Positions 9,911 through 19,743 of a DNA stretch of 64,000 nt are shown piece by piece; within the stretch, counting starts at the first letter, position 1; the number at the start of each line of letters is the position of its first letter. A program made the position numbers and the translations under genes. Source of the stretch: a virus; the IMG/VR virus record IMGVR_UViG_3300042691_041392; one strand, given 5' to 3'. The notes beneath the pieces are model-generated. The model searched no databases, had not been told where the DNA came from, and worked only from the letters and a program-made list of their open reading frames with translations.

Positions 9911-10879
9911 TTATAATCTTTGAATTTTAAAAATCTTAAATGATTCCTTGATATTCAATATATTTATTATATTCTCTATTTGTAGATTAACATCCTTTTT
10001 ATCTATATGTTTTCTATCTTGTTTAATTATAATCAGTTTAATACTATTATCATCACAAAACTTTTGTTTTATACTATCTCTTAATATAGTAAGTTTGTAA
10101 TTAGGTTCGCCACCAAATAACTCAACTGGTTGATAATGCTGTATTCCATTAAATTCTATACAAGTGTTATATTCAGGTAAGAAAAAGTCAAAAGGTAGTA
10201 ATTGTTTATAAGAACACTCTTTGAACTTCTTCTGTCTCACATAACTTATTTTATTTTTATTTAAGAAAAGTTCAATTAATCTCTCTCCATATGATTGTGA
10301 GCACACAGGACATCCGGATCCTGATATAACATGAGTAGCTGGTACTTGAGTGAAAGGTCCATGTTTTGGACATATTATAGTAACCGGTGTTTTCATGTTA
10401 ACATATTCTACGTTTGAATAATCATAATTAATAGTGTGTACACTCTTTGCTCTTTTTATAAAATTTTCAGTATCTAATTTTTTATTATTTGAACAAGATG
10501 CACACCCATTTCCATTCATATGTGACCAAGCTGATTGTTGAAAAGGTCCGTGCTCAGGGCAGTTTATAGTGGAATTTATTCTATTTTTTTTATAAACAAA
10601 ATCAGAATAGTCGTATTTATCACCATGTTTACTTCTAAACTTTTTTAGAACATCATCAAAATTCGACTTTTGTTTTTCTGAAGATCTATTATTACCACAA
10701 GTATTACATCCATGTCCTTTTAATAAATTCTTAACAGTTTGTATAGATTCATGACCTTTATCACAGATCGTTTTTATTTTTGAATGTGTGTTTAAATAAT
10801 CACTCATATCAAATGTATATTCTGGGTGTTTTAATTTAAGTCTTTTATAAATTTCATCTTTATCTATTTTAATAGCCAT
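9911..10879 (-). CDS. Homing endonuclease, CPxHG zinc-repeat plus PD-(D/E)XK-type nuclease
   Basis: Paralog of 8004-8981; 'PFDFFLP...IEFNGIQH'. Confidence 0.85.
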   Translation of the reverse strand: MAIKIDKDEIYKRLKLKHPEYTFDMSDYLNTHSKIKTICDKGHESIQTVKNLLKGHGCNTCGNNRSSEKQKSNFDDVLKKFRSKHGDKYDYSDFVYKKNRINSTINCPEHGPFQQSAWSHMNGNGCASCSNNKKLDTENFIKRAKSVHTINYDYSNVEYVNMKTPVTIICPKHGPFTQVPATHVISGSGCPVCSQSYGERLIELFLNKNKISYVRQKKFKECSYKQLLPFDFFLPEYNTCIEFNGIQHYQPVELFGGEPNYKLTILRDSIKQKFCDDNSIKLIIIKQDRKHIDKKDVNLQIENIINILNIKESFKIFKIQRL

Positions 10880-10889
10880 TAATTATATA

Positions 10890-12416
10890 TTAAATATCAT
10901 TTTCCAATTCTTTGATCATATCAAGTACTTTTTTAAGCTCTTCCTTTTTGCTCATCATGATATTTTTATTATATTTTCTATCGGCATATATATCTTCCAA
11001 CATCTTGAGTGTGGGTGATAACCTTTTCTCGAAAACTACACCATTTACACATAACACATGATTATTTAAATCAATTTCTCTACCATTTTCACACATAGTT
11101 TTATCTCTACTTGATTGAACACCAACGAAGTTTTCAGGGGCTATGTAAAACTGACGTTGTGTTGTGGGATAAAGTGAGCTGAAATCATAAGTAACACACC
11201 ATCTGTTCATTCCGACTACTGGATCTTTAACCCATCCACCTGCAATAGTTGATTCACCATCTCCCTTTTCGTCTTTGAAAAGAACTATATTATCCATTTC
11301 TCTAAATCGATTTCTTAAAACTCCTTCTGTGATTGCTAAAGAAGCTAAAGCATTATTCATTTGAGAAACAACATCAACAATTCTAATTCTCGATAATGAA
11401 GAGATCGCATAAACAATAGAGATATAGTTTCTTGCTTCGTGAATTTTTTGTACTAAGACACTATCGACAGCGTTATAATACATAAAAGTTTCAAAATCAT
11501 CCTCATAAAGTTTTTGTAATGATCCTGTATATTTAATTTTATCAACACCAACTAATTTCTGAGAAACAAAGTCTAATGATGATGACTCTTTTACCTTGAT
11601 TGAAGTATCACAAATTTCATATAATTGCATGTAATCAAAGATCATTCTATGTGCTGGTACCTCAAAATCAGTTCCCCACATTTTATTCAATCTTTTTAAA
11701 GGCGATGATTCATTTGGATTGATTCTATATTCTTTACCATTCATCCATTTGGATATTTTTCTAGAACGGTTTACTAAATACAACCAGTCATAGTTCAAGA
11801 AGTTCCATCCAGTTAAAAGTGGCATTTTAGGAACCATTTTATGAAAGAAAGCATATAACATATCAAACTCATCATCATACTTAACATACTTAAACTTATA
11901 ATCTGAATTAAATTTCTTAAAGTATTTATTTGTGTTAGTTCTTATACGTTCTTGCATATCTTCAGGCATATCCTTTAAACCTAATAAGATAATTTTATCG
12001 TCATAAACAATTGATATTGAAAGAACTTGAGTAGCTGCTCCTTCTTGTATAACATTACCTTGCTGATCTTTAATATCAGCAGCTTCAGGAAAACCATCAA
12101 TAATTTCAGTTTCAATATCTATAAAGTAAATCTTTGGTAGGTTAAACTCAAACAACTCATCTTGTTCTTCTTTTGGAAGTGCGTCTAAATACTCATAGAT
12201 TGCGTATCTATCAGGTCTCTCAACTTGAACCAATTTTACTGATTTACCATCCCAAGATTTATAAGTTGGATGTTTTTGAGGATCATTCTCCTCACAAGTA
12301 ACGTATTTAACTGGATTATCCCAGTCATAATATTTAAGTTTTATATCACCGGTTTTATCTACATAACTACAAACTAATTTCTTCGTATTTGTCAAATATT
12401 GTGTTTCAATAAGCAT
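10890..12416 (-). CDS. Family B DNA polymerase, N-terminal subunit only (gp43A-like: exonuclease plus motif A)
   Basis: ExoI 'DIET', ExoII 'GWNFLNYD', ExoIII 'YNAVD' and motif A 'DFSSLYP'. The ORF ends in the fingers, before motifs B and C. Confidence 0.9.
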   Translation of the reverse strand: MLIETQYLTNTKKLVCSYVDKTGDIKLKYYDWDNPVKYVTCEENDPQKHPTYKSWDGKSVKLVQVERPDRYAIYEYLDALPKEEQDELFEFNLPKIYFIDIETEIIDGFPEAADIKDQQGNVIQEGAATQVLSISIVYDDKIILLGLKDMPEDMQERIRTNTNKYFKKFNSDYKFKYVKYDDEFDMLYAFFHKMVPKMPLLTGWNFLNYDWLYLVNRSRKISKWMNGKEYRINPNESSPLKRLNKMWGTDFEVPAHRMIFDYMQLYEICDTSIKVKESSSLDFVSQKLVGVDKIKYTGSLQKLYEDDFETFMYYNAVDSVLVQKIHEARNYISIVYAISSLSRIRIVDVVSQMNNALASLAITEGVLRNRFREMDNIVLFKDEKGDGESTIAGGWVKDPVVGMNRWCVTYDFSSLYPTTQRQFYIAPENFVGVQSSRDKTMCENGREIDLNNHVLCVNGVVFEKRLSPTLKMLEDIYADRKYNKNIMMSKKEELKKVLDMIKELENDI

Positions 12417-12535
12417 TTTATTAAATTATTTTTTACATGTGTTATATTCATGATTTACAACATGGTTTAAATTTTTTAAAATAAAAAACCCACACTTTTG
12501 GTGTGGGAAATTAAACTATGAAAAAAAAAAGAAAA

Positions 12536-13051
12536 TTAAAAATCGCAATCAAAATAGTCTAAAATTATACCATTTTTCTCTACAACAAATTGCAATTCAT
12601 CTCTCTTTACTAATTGATATTCGTAATGTCTTCCTAATTTAAAGAGTGTTCTGATAAATGGAATGTCTTCACTTTCATTAACAACTTTTTCTTCAACCAT
12701 TAAACATAAAACTTTTTTATCATCTTCTGAATTGTAATTAATTAATTCATCATCGTGATTTCTTTCAAGACCTGTTTTACCATAAGCGAAGAATTGCGTT
12801 TTTAATTTTTCACCGGAGGTAGTATATGTTAGAGTAACATAATCACCAATTTCTATATTAGGATTTTCATCTTTTAAATAAACTCTAGTCCAAAAATATA
12901 TTTTTTCAGGAGATATTTCAATTTGAACTTCATCACTGACATCGTCTGATAATTCATCTGTATCTACATCTGCTAGTTGTTCTTGTATAAACTCATATAA
13001 TGTTTTACCATCATTAAGCTCGTTCATTGTATATTCTTTATTTTCTGACAT
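12536..13051 (-). CDS. Hypothetical protein
   Basis: 171-aa ORF with no recognised motif. Confidence 0.7.
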   Translation of the reverse strand: MSENKEYTMNELNDGKTLYEFIQEQLADVDTDELSDDVSDEVQIEISPEKIYFWTRVYLKDENPNIEIGDYVTLTYTTSGEKLKTQFFAYGKTGLERNHDDELINYNSEDDKKVLCLMVEEKVVNESEDIPFIRTLFKLGRHYEYQLVKRDELQFVVEKNGIILDYFDCDF

Positions 13052-13096
13052 TTTAGAAAAATATTTTTTATTTATATAGGATATAATATAATAAGT

Positions 13097-13927
13097 TTAA
13101 ACAGCTATTTCTAATTTCTGACTTAACTTTTGAATTCCCTCAATTCCTTCTATGATAAAGTCATCAACTGTATAATCATAAAAATTATCTTTTTGAACTA
13201 ATGAAATTTTTGGATTTATATCTAAAGGTTTTCTTTCTAAAATCTCTTTTACAGAATCCATGTGTCTATCATAAACGTGTAAATTTTGAACTAAATGACA
13301 GAACTTACCAACTTTATACCCACAATGACTAGCAACCATCATCTGAAGAGCAACATATTGTATCTTATTTATGTATCCAGCCATTACATAGTCATTTGAT
13401 CTTTGAGTTAAAGTCATATCTAAATAATATTCACCATCTACTTTTCTTACAGACCAAAGTGTTTCATAAGCACAAGGATGTAATCCTTTAGTTTCTTTCA
13501 AATCAGAATATTGAAACATATTAATAATGTGTCTTCTACCAAAAGGGTCATTTTTTAAACCATATAAAAGTTGATTCATCAAATCATATCTATTGATAGT
13601 AGCGCCATATCGTTGACCAATTGTTTCATCACCAATATTCCATTCTTCCCACCAATTAACTCCTAATTCACGAGCAATCTCTAATGAACTAGTTTGTTTT
13701 TGATAAATCCAAAGAACTTCTCTAATTCCAGTTTTGATTGCAGTATTTCTTAATGTGGTAATTGGAAACTCACCTTTAGAAAGGTCATATTCTTCAAATA
13801 CTCCAGTAATGAATTTTGTATGAGCTGGTTTACCATCTGACCAAACTGGTCTTGGATTTTCATCCCAAGAACCTTCACTTAATATCTTATTAAGATTTTC
13901 AATATAATATTTATCTGCTTTGTTCAT
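13097..13927 (-). CDS. thyA: Thymidylate synthase
   Basis: 'PFGRRHI', catalytic 'LHPCAY', 'TQRSND' and 'NLHVYDRH'. Confidence 0.95.
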   Translation of the reverse strand: MNKADKYYIENLNKILSEGSWDENPRPVWSDGKPAHTKFITGVFEEYDLSKGEFPITTLRNTAIKTGIREVLWIYQKQTSSLEIARELGVNWWEEWNIGDETIGQRYGATINRYDLMNQLLYGLKNDPFGRRHIINMFQYSDLKETKGLHPCAYETLWSVRKVDGEYYLDMTLTQRSNDYVMAGYINKIQYVALQMMVASHCGYKVGKFCHLVQNLHVYDRHMDSVKEILERKPLDINPKISLVQKDNFYDYTVDDFIIEGIEGIQKLSQKLEIAV

Positions 13928-14084
13928 TACCTAACTTTTCTTTTTTACAATAACAAAATTGTTCAAATAAACCACAATCACCGTGGTATTTACCATATAA
14001 CTCCTCATTTCTGTTATTAATTCTGATAATTATTTCATGTGCTGGATTATTAGGATCCAATCCATCGTTTATATTACTTTTCAT
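13911..14084 (-). CDS. Small hypothetical protein (57 aa, MKSNINDGLDPNNPAHE...), below the ORF-track cutoff
   Basis: Fills the gap exactly and overlaps both neighbours, as in an operon. Confidence 0.55.
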   Translation of the reverse strand: MKSNINDGLDPNNPAHEIIIRINNRNEELYGKYHGDCGLFEQFCYCKKEKLGNEQSR

Positions 14085-14595
14085 CTAATAATTTATTTAT
14101 TTTTTCATCTCTATTTATAGTTTTAATAAAGTTTGATATCTCATATACATTACCATCCACTGATACAAAAGTTTGATTTAATCCAGGCAGTCGGTGTATT
14201 GAAAATAATTTAATTTTCTCTTTAGGGAAACCACCATTATTGAAAGTAAGATTAGTAACGGTAAGTATCTTTTTTGTTTTTATATTCAATATTCTCTTAG
14301 ATATTTCACTACTGAAAAAATCAATATCATCAACTATAATATAATCTATTTTATTCTTAATTACCATTTCATCAATCATATCCATAATCATTAAATCTGA
14401 TTGTAAATTGGATTTTATATTGGAAACTTTTAGGAAAAGATGTTTTAATTTTTCTACTTTGAATCGTGAATTAGTACCATCAATTTCTAAGAAAATTATA
14501 TTACTGTTATATAAACATCCAACTATATCTCTTAGTAGAAAAGTTTTCCCTAAGGAATTACTTCCTATAATTAGGTTTATATCTTTATCAAACAT
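14074..14595 (-). CDS. Degenerate RecA/DnaB-like P-loop protein with C-terminal RDEKINKLL motif
   Basis: 'LIIGSNSLGKT' and 'KIDYIIVDDID'. Confidence 0.65.
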   Translation of the reverse strand: MFDKDINLIIGSNSLGKTFLLRDIVGCLYNSNIIFLEIDGTNSRFKVEKLKHLFLKVSNIKSNLQSDLMIMDMIDEMVIKNKIDYIIVDDIDFFSSEISKRILNIKTKKILTVTNLTFNNGGFPKEKIKLFSIHRLPGLNQTFVSVDGNVYEISNFIKTINRDEKINKLLDEK

Positions 14596-14630
14596 ACTAT
14601 TTTATTTATTATAATGACAAAAGTTTCTAA

Positions 14631-15488
14631 TTAAACTTCATTGTTTTTAATGGTGGATTTATTATCCATTGATATGAACTTCCATCCTTTATACTCTGTA
14701 ATTATTCCGTATCTTAATCTTTTTAGATTATAAAAGGTTATTTCATATTTATCTGCCATATTTTTTAAACCACCTTTATGTATTATAATATTACCATTGT
14801 ATTCAAAATAGTAAGTTATTAACTCTTCATGTCTTTTAGTTGTGTTGTATTTATGTTTATTTCTAAATTCAATGGATTGTGTGACTTCTTTTAATTTTTC
14901 AGAATTTCTAAGTGACTCAGATAATTTATTTTTATATTCATCACTTCTTTTTATACCAGTTAATGCCTTTGATATTTTATCTCTATGTTCTAATGATTTT
15001 GGAACACCTATTAAGGATTTTTTTATACATTCCATATGTCCATTGGTATTTTTTTTACCATATCTAGGATTTTTCTCACCAGTATTTATAATTCTATAAT
15101 ATTCTCTAGTCTCATCACTTTTTTTATTTTCAATAGCTTCCTTCCATTTTTCTGATTTTTTAAGTCCAATTTTAACCATATCCGATACGGAGGTTTTTAA
15201 ATAGTCTTTTGTTAGGTTACATAAATTATCTAAGCCAATTTCATCAATTTTTTCATATTCAATTCTATATGCTTCGAGTTCATCATCAGTTTCAAAAATT
15301 TTAGTATATTCAATTTTTTGATCTAATTTTAATATTTCATTTATTTTATTAAAAAGAGCTGAATTATTATTAGATTTGATTCCTTTTATTGCTCTTTGTT
15401 CATGAACATACATTCTATTCTTAGTACCCTTACCTACATAAAAAATTATATCATTGTGGCTTAGTGTATAAACATAATACTTTTTCAT
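14631..15488 (-). CDS. GIY-YIG-type (YVY...YVGKG) homing endonuclease with NUMOD3 repeats
   Basis: 'YYVYTL...FYVGKGTKNR', and 'GEKNPRYGKK' and 'KSLEHRDKISKAL' repeats. Confidence 0.8.
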   Translation of the reverse strand: MKKYYVYTLSHNDIIFYVGKGTKNRMYVHEQRAIKGIKSNNNSALFNKINEILKLDQKIEYTKIFETDDELEAYRIEYEKIDEIGLDNLCNLTKDYLKTSVSDMVKIGLKKSEKWKEAIENKKSDETREYYRIINTGEKNPRYGKKNTNGHMECIKKSLIGVPKSLEHRDKISKALTGIKRSDEYKNKLSESLRNSEKLKEVTQSIEFRNKHKYNTTKRHEELITYYFEYNGNIIIHKGGLKNMADKYEITFYNLKRLRYGIITEYKGWKFISMDNKSTIKNNEV

Positions 15489-15533
15489 AATTCTTAAAGT
15501 TATTTTAAGTATATATAAAAAGAATTGTTCATC

Positions 15534-16316
15534 CTAAGTAATTATCCATTTTTTTTGAATCCATATATTCCTAGTTCCAAATTTTTCTTTATAGCAAGTT
15601 TCCTTATTACCATAAAACTTTAGCCATTCATTTATTCGATTTTCACCAAATGGATTTTGCCAATCTTTTATCTCACCACCACCAAAACTATACGATTCTT
15701 CAAAACACCTAATAATCATATCAAAAAGATCTTCTAATTCTTTATTATTTAATTGATTTATTGTACGACGAGGATTGTAATCCAATCGACCAATAATCTC
15801 AGCTAATAAATAAGCTCCTATTCCATTAAAGTATTTTTGATTTAATAATGATTCGCCAAGTTGTTTATCAAAAGCTTTACAACCAATATTATCTAAAACC
15901 AATTTCTTAAATTTATCCTTTTCTTTTAAAGGATCTGGACCTCTTTTAACACCACCAAAGCCACCTAATTTATATTTAGGTCCCATATACCCACCATAAA
16001 GTAGTAAAGACCAACCATCAGTTGTATCAAGACGCATTCTAACAAATTTTGTTTCATTCCATTTATTAGTTGGTACAAACTTCCAATTTCCGGACATTCC
16101 CATAAAGACAGAAAAGGAAAAACATGTAACATCATGATATAAATAAACTAATAATTCTTTACCATTTGAATTACTATTTACTTTAAAATCTGTAATAAAA
16201 TTATCTTCTCTTGGTATATTACCTTTTTCTACGTGAAAAAACTTGTTGAATTTTTTATCAGAAACTTTATCATTTATAAATTCCGACATTATCTTAACTT
16301 CTACATATTCTGGCAT
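15534..16316 (-). CDS. Fpg/Nei-like DNA glycosylase
   Basis: N-terminal 'MPE..EV', 'MGMSG', 'GPDPL' and H2TH 'LLNQKYFNGIGAYL..EI'. Confidence 0.85.
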   Translation of the reverse strand: MPEYVEVKIMSEFINDKVSDKKFNKFFHVEKGNIPREDNFITDFKVNSNSNGKELLVYLYHDVTCFSFSVFMGMSGNWKFVPTNKWNETKFVRMRLDTTDGWSLLLYGGYMGPKYKLGGFGGVKRGPDPLKEKDKFKKLVLDNIGCKAFDKQLGESLLNQKYFNGIGAYLLAEIIGRLDYNPRRTINQLNNKELEDLFDMIIRCFEESYSFGGGEIKDWQNPFGENRINEWLKFYGNKETCYKEKFGTRNIWIQKKWIIT

Positions 16317-16338
16317 AATAGTTCTAATTTAAATTGTC

Positions 16339-16497
16339 TTAGAACCATTCTATAAAAAGGTCTTGAATAAGTTTGAAACCATTAGGTAATCTACCAATAT
16401 AAATATCATAAGGTTCTTTTTTAAAATGAACCACTTTTATTTTATGTTCGTGTTTTGGTTCTGGCTTTTTAAAACTATTGAAAAAATCATCACTCAT
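16339..16497 (-). pseudogene. Truncated DUF4326-like remnant (52 aa)
   Basis: 'KVVHFKKEPYDIYIGR' matches the DUF4326 N-terminus, then an early stop. Confidence 0.55.
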
Positions 16498-16900
16498 GAC
16501 TTAAAATATTTCTTATTATATCACATTCTTCTTCGGTTAAACCAATCCAACTTCTACATTTAATAACATTATCAACGTGTGGTTCTATATCAAATACTCT
16601 ATCATCAATAACAACATAATTATCAACTTTATTTTTTGATAACCAATCTTTTATTTCTAATCCTCTGTCTTGTTGATCTATATGAGGTGTATAATCAAAT
16701 ATTTCTATATCAATTCCTTGACTAGTAAAAACATTTTGTAGTTCTTCTTTTGTATGATTTAATCTCCAGGTAGAAGTTATTACTGGTTTAAGATCAAACT
16801 CTTTACATAAACGATTATAACAAGCAATCGCCTTTTTATCCCACTTCTTTTTCCAATGAGGATTTAGTACACCATCAATATCTGTAAAAATTACAATCAT
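16490..16900 (-). CDS. HAD domain protein (Swiss-army-knife RNA repair type)
   Basis: 'IFTDIDGVLN', 'ITSTWR', 'RGLEIKDWL' and 'VVIDD'. Confidence 0.85.
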   Translation of the reverse strand: MIVIFTDIDGVLNPHWKKKWDKKAIACYNRLCKEFDLKPVITSTWRLNHTKEELQNVFTSQGIDIEIFDYTPHIDQQDRGLEIKDWLSKNKVDNYVVIDDRVFDIEPHVDNVIKCRSWIGLTEEECDIIRNILSHE

Positions 16901-17328
16901 TTTTTCTCTAAAATAAGAAATTCAAAATAACCACTTTGTCTAATTGACATAGAAAATACGTAACCCATTCTTTCAATAACTCCTTTAATATATTTTATTT
17001 TTTCTTGGAAAAGAAAGTATCTATCATCAGGTATTGAAAATCCAACTCTCGTATCAGTATAAGTAGTAGCAACTTCGGATTCAAAAAGTTCTTCAAATTG
17101 AATTAGATAAGCACACACTTGTTCATTCACACCTCTATATTTAGAAAAATCCTTTTCTTTAATATCACCTAACCAGTCAAGTTGACCATTTGGTTTTGTA
17201 TAAAAAAGTGTGTATTTGATATCGTAATTAAATCCAATATCAGAAAACTCTGTTAAAATATATTTTAAGTTATCTTCATCATCAAAGATATCATCACTTA
17301 AATTTTCGTTAAATTTCTTTATTTTCAT
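16897..17328 (-). CDS. Hypothetical protein with MKIKKFNE N-terminus
   Basis: Shares 'LKYILTEFSDIGF' with 17325-18254 and 45970-46377. Confidence 0.7.
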   Translation of the reverse strand: MKIKKFNENLSDDIFDDEDNLKYILTEFSDIGFNYDIKYTLFYTKPNGQLDWLGDIKEKDFSKYRGVNEQVCAYLIQFEELFESEVATTYTDTRVGFSIPDDRYFLFQEKIKYIKGVIERMGYVFSMSIRQSGYFEFLILEKK

Positions 17329-18254
17329 GCTAATTTAAAATCAACTTTTATTTTATCTTCCAAACCGATCCAAATATCACGTTTTTTAAAAAATCCACTT
17401 TTGATACTTGTTTTATATTCATTAAATGATGATTCATATCCTAAGTTTATAAACTCAATCTTATCACCATTTTTATAATAATAGATTATAGCATTTCTGA
17501 TATATTGTTGAGTTTTGATATCTTCTAATCTTTTATTCTTTAAACTCTCAAATTCAAATTTTATATTATACTTTAATTCAAGATTTTTAATAAAGTTCAT
17601 AAGTGTTTTTTTTATTATATCAATAGACTCTTCTTCATTTGAAACATAATCTAAATCCTTTTCCTTCTCTCTAGTTATTATATTTAATAATTCTTCCGAC
17701 TTTGATTTTCGATCATTGAGATTTAATGAAATTTTAGAAAATCCATTTTCTGAGTTTGATAATTCCATAGAATAATCATCATCACTTACAAATGAGTTAA
17801 TAAGTATTTCTTTTAAGTCATTTATATTGAATTTCAATTTAGTATCATCCTTCTCAATAGGAAATTCAAATACATAAGTTATATCCCAACTACCACCACC
17901 AAACATATAATAAATATCACATTTATCATCAAAAGTACTAATGATGTGATTAGTTGTATTAGTTAAAGAACTAAGTAATTTTGTATTTGTATATTTAGTT
18001 CTTTGAACATTTATATTACTCGGCGCCTTTAATTTTAAAATTAATCTTGGTTTAACCTCACTACTATTCTTATTTACTCTTAGTTTACCATCAGCTCCCA
18101 TAAACGCTATATCATAGGATGTTGTATATCCTAAATCGATAAGATCTATTAAAATATATTTAATTTCCTCATCATCAGTTTCTAATACATTTAGATAATA
18201 CTCTATATAATCAGAAACACTTTCAAATAATTTATACTTTTTTATATACTTCAT
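17325..18254 (-). CDS. Hypothetical protein with MKYIKKYKLFES N-terminus
   Basis: Late motif upstream; 'IKYILIDLIDLGY'. Confidence 0.7.
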   Translation of the reverse strand: MKYIKKYKLFESVSDYIEYYLNVLETDDEEIKYILIDLIDLGYTTSYDIAFMGADGKLRVNKNSSEVKPRLILKLKAPSNINVQRTKYTNTKLLSSLTNTTNHIISTFDDKCDIYYMFGGGSWDITYVFEFPIEKDDTKLKFNINDLKEILINSFVSDDDYSMELSNSENGFSKISLNLNDRKSKSEELLNIITREKEKDLDYVSNEEESIDIIKKTLMNFIKNLELKYNIKFEFESLKNKRLEDIKTQQYIRNAIIYYYKNGDKIEFINLGYESSFNEYKTSIKSGFFKKRDIWIGLEDKIKVDFKLA

Positions 18255-18270
18255 TTAGTATATATTAAAA

Positions 18271-18747
18271 TTATAAATCAAACCTTATACATTGATCAGT
18301 AATATATTTAGAGTGTTCTAATTGTAAGTGTGTTGCCAAACCAATTGTAATGTGTAGACCAAAATAAGGCTTAGGATCTAATCCCATAACAGTTCTTATA
18401 TTATGAGCATCATCACAATAAGCTTTTAACCACCAGTGACCTTTTTTATTAGATCTTATATCAGATGGATCGTATTGTATTTTTATTTCTTTACCATGAA
18501 ATAACTCTCTACTCATCATATACAATTCATCATCAACAATATCATTGATAATTGTTAAGTGTGTTCCTCGAATTGGTTTATTTAATACTAAATTAAATCT
18601 TTTTTTTAAGAACCAAGAATAATAAGCATAGGTATCATCATTATTTTGAAATCTAACCATAGCAACTTTTTTCCATGAGGATTGCTTATCGTGTTTTTTA
18701 GTCACGTTTACAGGATCAAATTCTATTTTACCAATTATTTCAAACAT
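18271..18747 (-). CDS. Putative 2H phosphoesterase
   Basis: Two HxT motifs ('GTHLTII', 'GLHITIG') about 70 aa apart in a 158-aa protein. Confidence 0.65.
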   Translation of the reverse strand: MFEIIGKIEFDPVNVTKKHDKQSSWKKVAMVRFQNNDDTYAYYSWFLKKRFNLVLNKPIRGTHLTIINDIVDDELYMMSRELFHGKEIKIQYDPSDIRSNKKGHWWLKAYCDDAHNIRTVMGLDPKPYFGLHITIGLATHLQLEHSKYITDQCIRFDL

Positions 18748-18750
18748 AAT

Positions 18751-18760
18751 TACAAATATA
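18751..18760 (-). promoter_or_regulatory. Bacteroidota-type -7 element (TATATTTG)
   Basis: TAnnTTTG immediately upstream of the 18747 start. Confidence 0.6.
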
Positions 18761-18839
18761 ATAAATTATTCCATTGTAAGCTTTGTTCTATATAAAGTAA
18801 ATAAAGAAAATACTAAAGAACATAAATTCAAAGTCTTTG

Positions 18840-19229
18840 TCATGAAATTAATTTGAAAAAATAAGAGAGAAAAACGTCAATTAAAATACAAAAAGCAATA
18901 TAACCTAAAAAGTAAAAAATTAATTTTTTATTGAATTTATCACTCAAAGCAAATTTCTTAAACTTAATCTTATCAAATTTAAATTTATTTACGAGGTTAT
19001 CTAATTTCTGGTCTCTCTCACAACTTTTACATAATTTGAAGTTATTTGTGTTTGAAATATCTTCTATTGTATTCCTTTGATGTCCAGTTTCGGATTTACA
19101 GTTATAGCATTTAACACCAGTAGATAAATCATATAAAATTGATTTACCTTTTTTAATCATATAAAAGTTATATGAAAAAATAGCCAAGACTCCAAGTAAT
19201 TGGAATAAGCTTATTGTAATTGTTATCAT
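18840..19229 (-). CDS. Membrane protein with Zn ribbon and internal RDQKLDNLV motif
   Basis: Two hydrophobic segments flanking CxxC...CxxC. Confidence 0.65.
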   Translation of the reverse strand: MITITISLFQLLGVLAIFSYNFYMIKKGKSILYDLSTGVKCYNCKSETGHQRNTIEDISNTNNFKLCKSCERDQKLDNLVNKFKFDKIKFKKFALSDKFNKKLIFYFLGYIAFCILIDVFLSYFFKLIS

Positions 19230-19465
19230 AAAATTTTATTTAATTTATTATCTCTTATTAGGTCTTTATTTAAATCTAATATTTCTTTATAATTCCATTC
19301 TCTTGATATCCAAAGACCTCCTTGGTATTCAACTCTTTTTTGATAATAAACAGAACATCTGGCACTATCATAATCGATATAAAGACCATTTCCTGGTGTT
19401 GTAACAGAAGTTAATATACCCTTACCAGCAGGAGTATTTACTTCATCCCAAATAGTTAAACTCAT
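19226..19465 (-). CDS. Small protein ending RDNKLNKIL
   Basis: 79 aa, with a TATATTTGTA promoter at 19478-19487. Confidence 0.7.
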   Translation of the reverse strand: MSLTIWDEVNTPAGKGILTSVTTPGNGLYIDYDSARCSVYYQKRVEYQGGLWISREWNYKEILDLNKDLIRDNKLNKIL

Positions 19466-19520
19466 AATTTATAAATATACAAATATAATTTTAATATATA
19501 ATCAAAAATAATTAAAAAAT

Positions 19521-19712
19521 ATGGAAGATAAAAACCTTAAAATGATTAAGAATGAAACTATTCCAGTAGAAGAAATGAATCTTTTAAGAGAAAAATTCAT
19601 CAATGAATACTCAAGAAAAAGAGGTTGGAATTCAAAGGAATTAACATCTACTCAAATGTTAGAGATCGTTTCTCAAGCAGGATACAAATCACCTGGTATC
19701 ATTCTAGGATAA
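19521..19712 (+). CDS. Small hypothetical protein
   Basis: 63 aa, late motif upstream and terminator downstream. Confidence 0.65.
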   Translation: MEDKNLKMIKNETIPVEEMNLLREKFINEYSRKRGWNSKELTSTQMLEIVSQAGYKSPGIILG

Positions 19713-19742
19713 AAAAAACCTCAGTTTAACTGAGGTTTTTTT
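19711..19742. terminator. Bidirectional terminator
   Basis: aaaaaacctcagt-tta-actgaggtttttt. Confidence 0.8.
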
Positions 19743-19743
19743 A

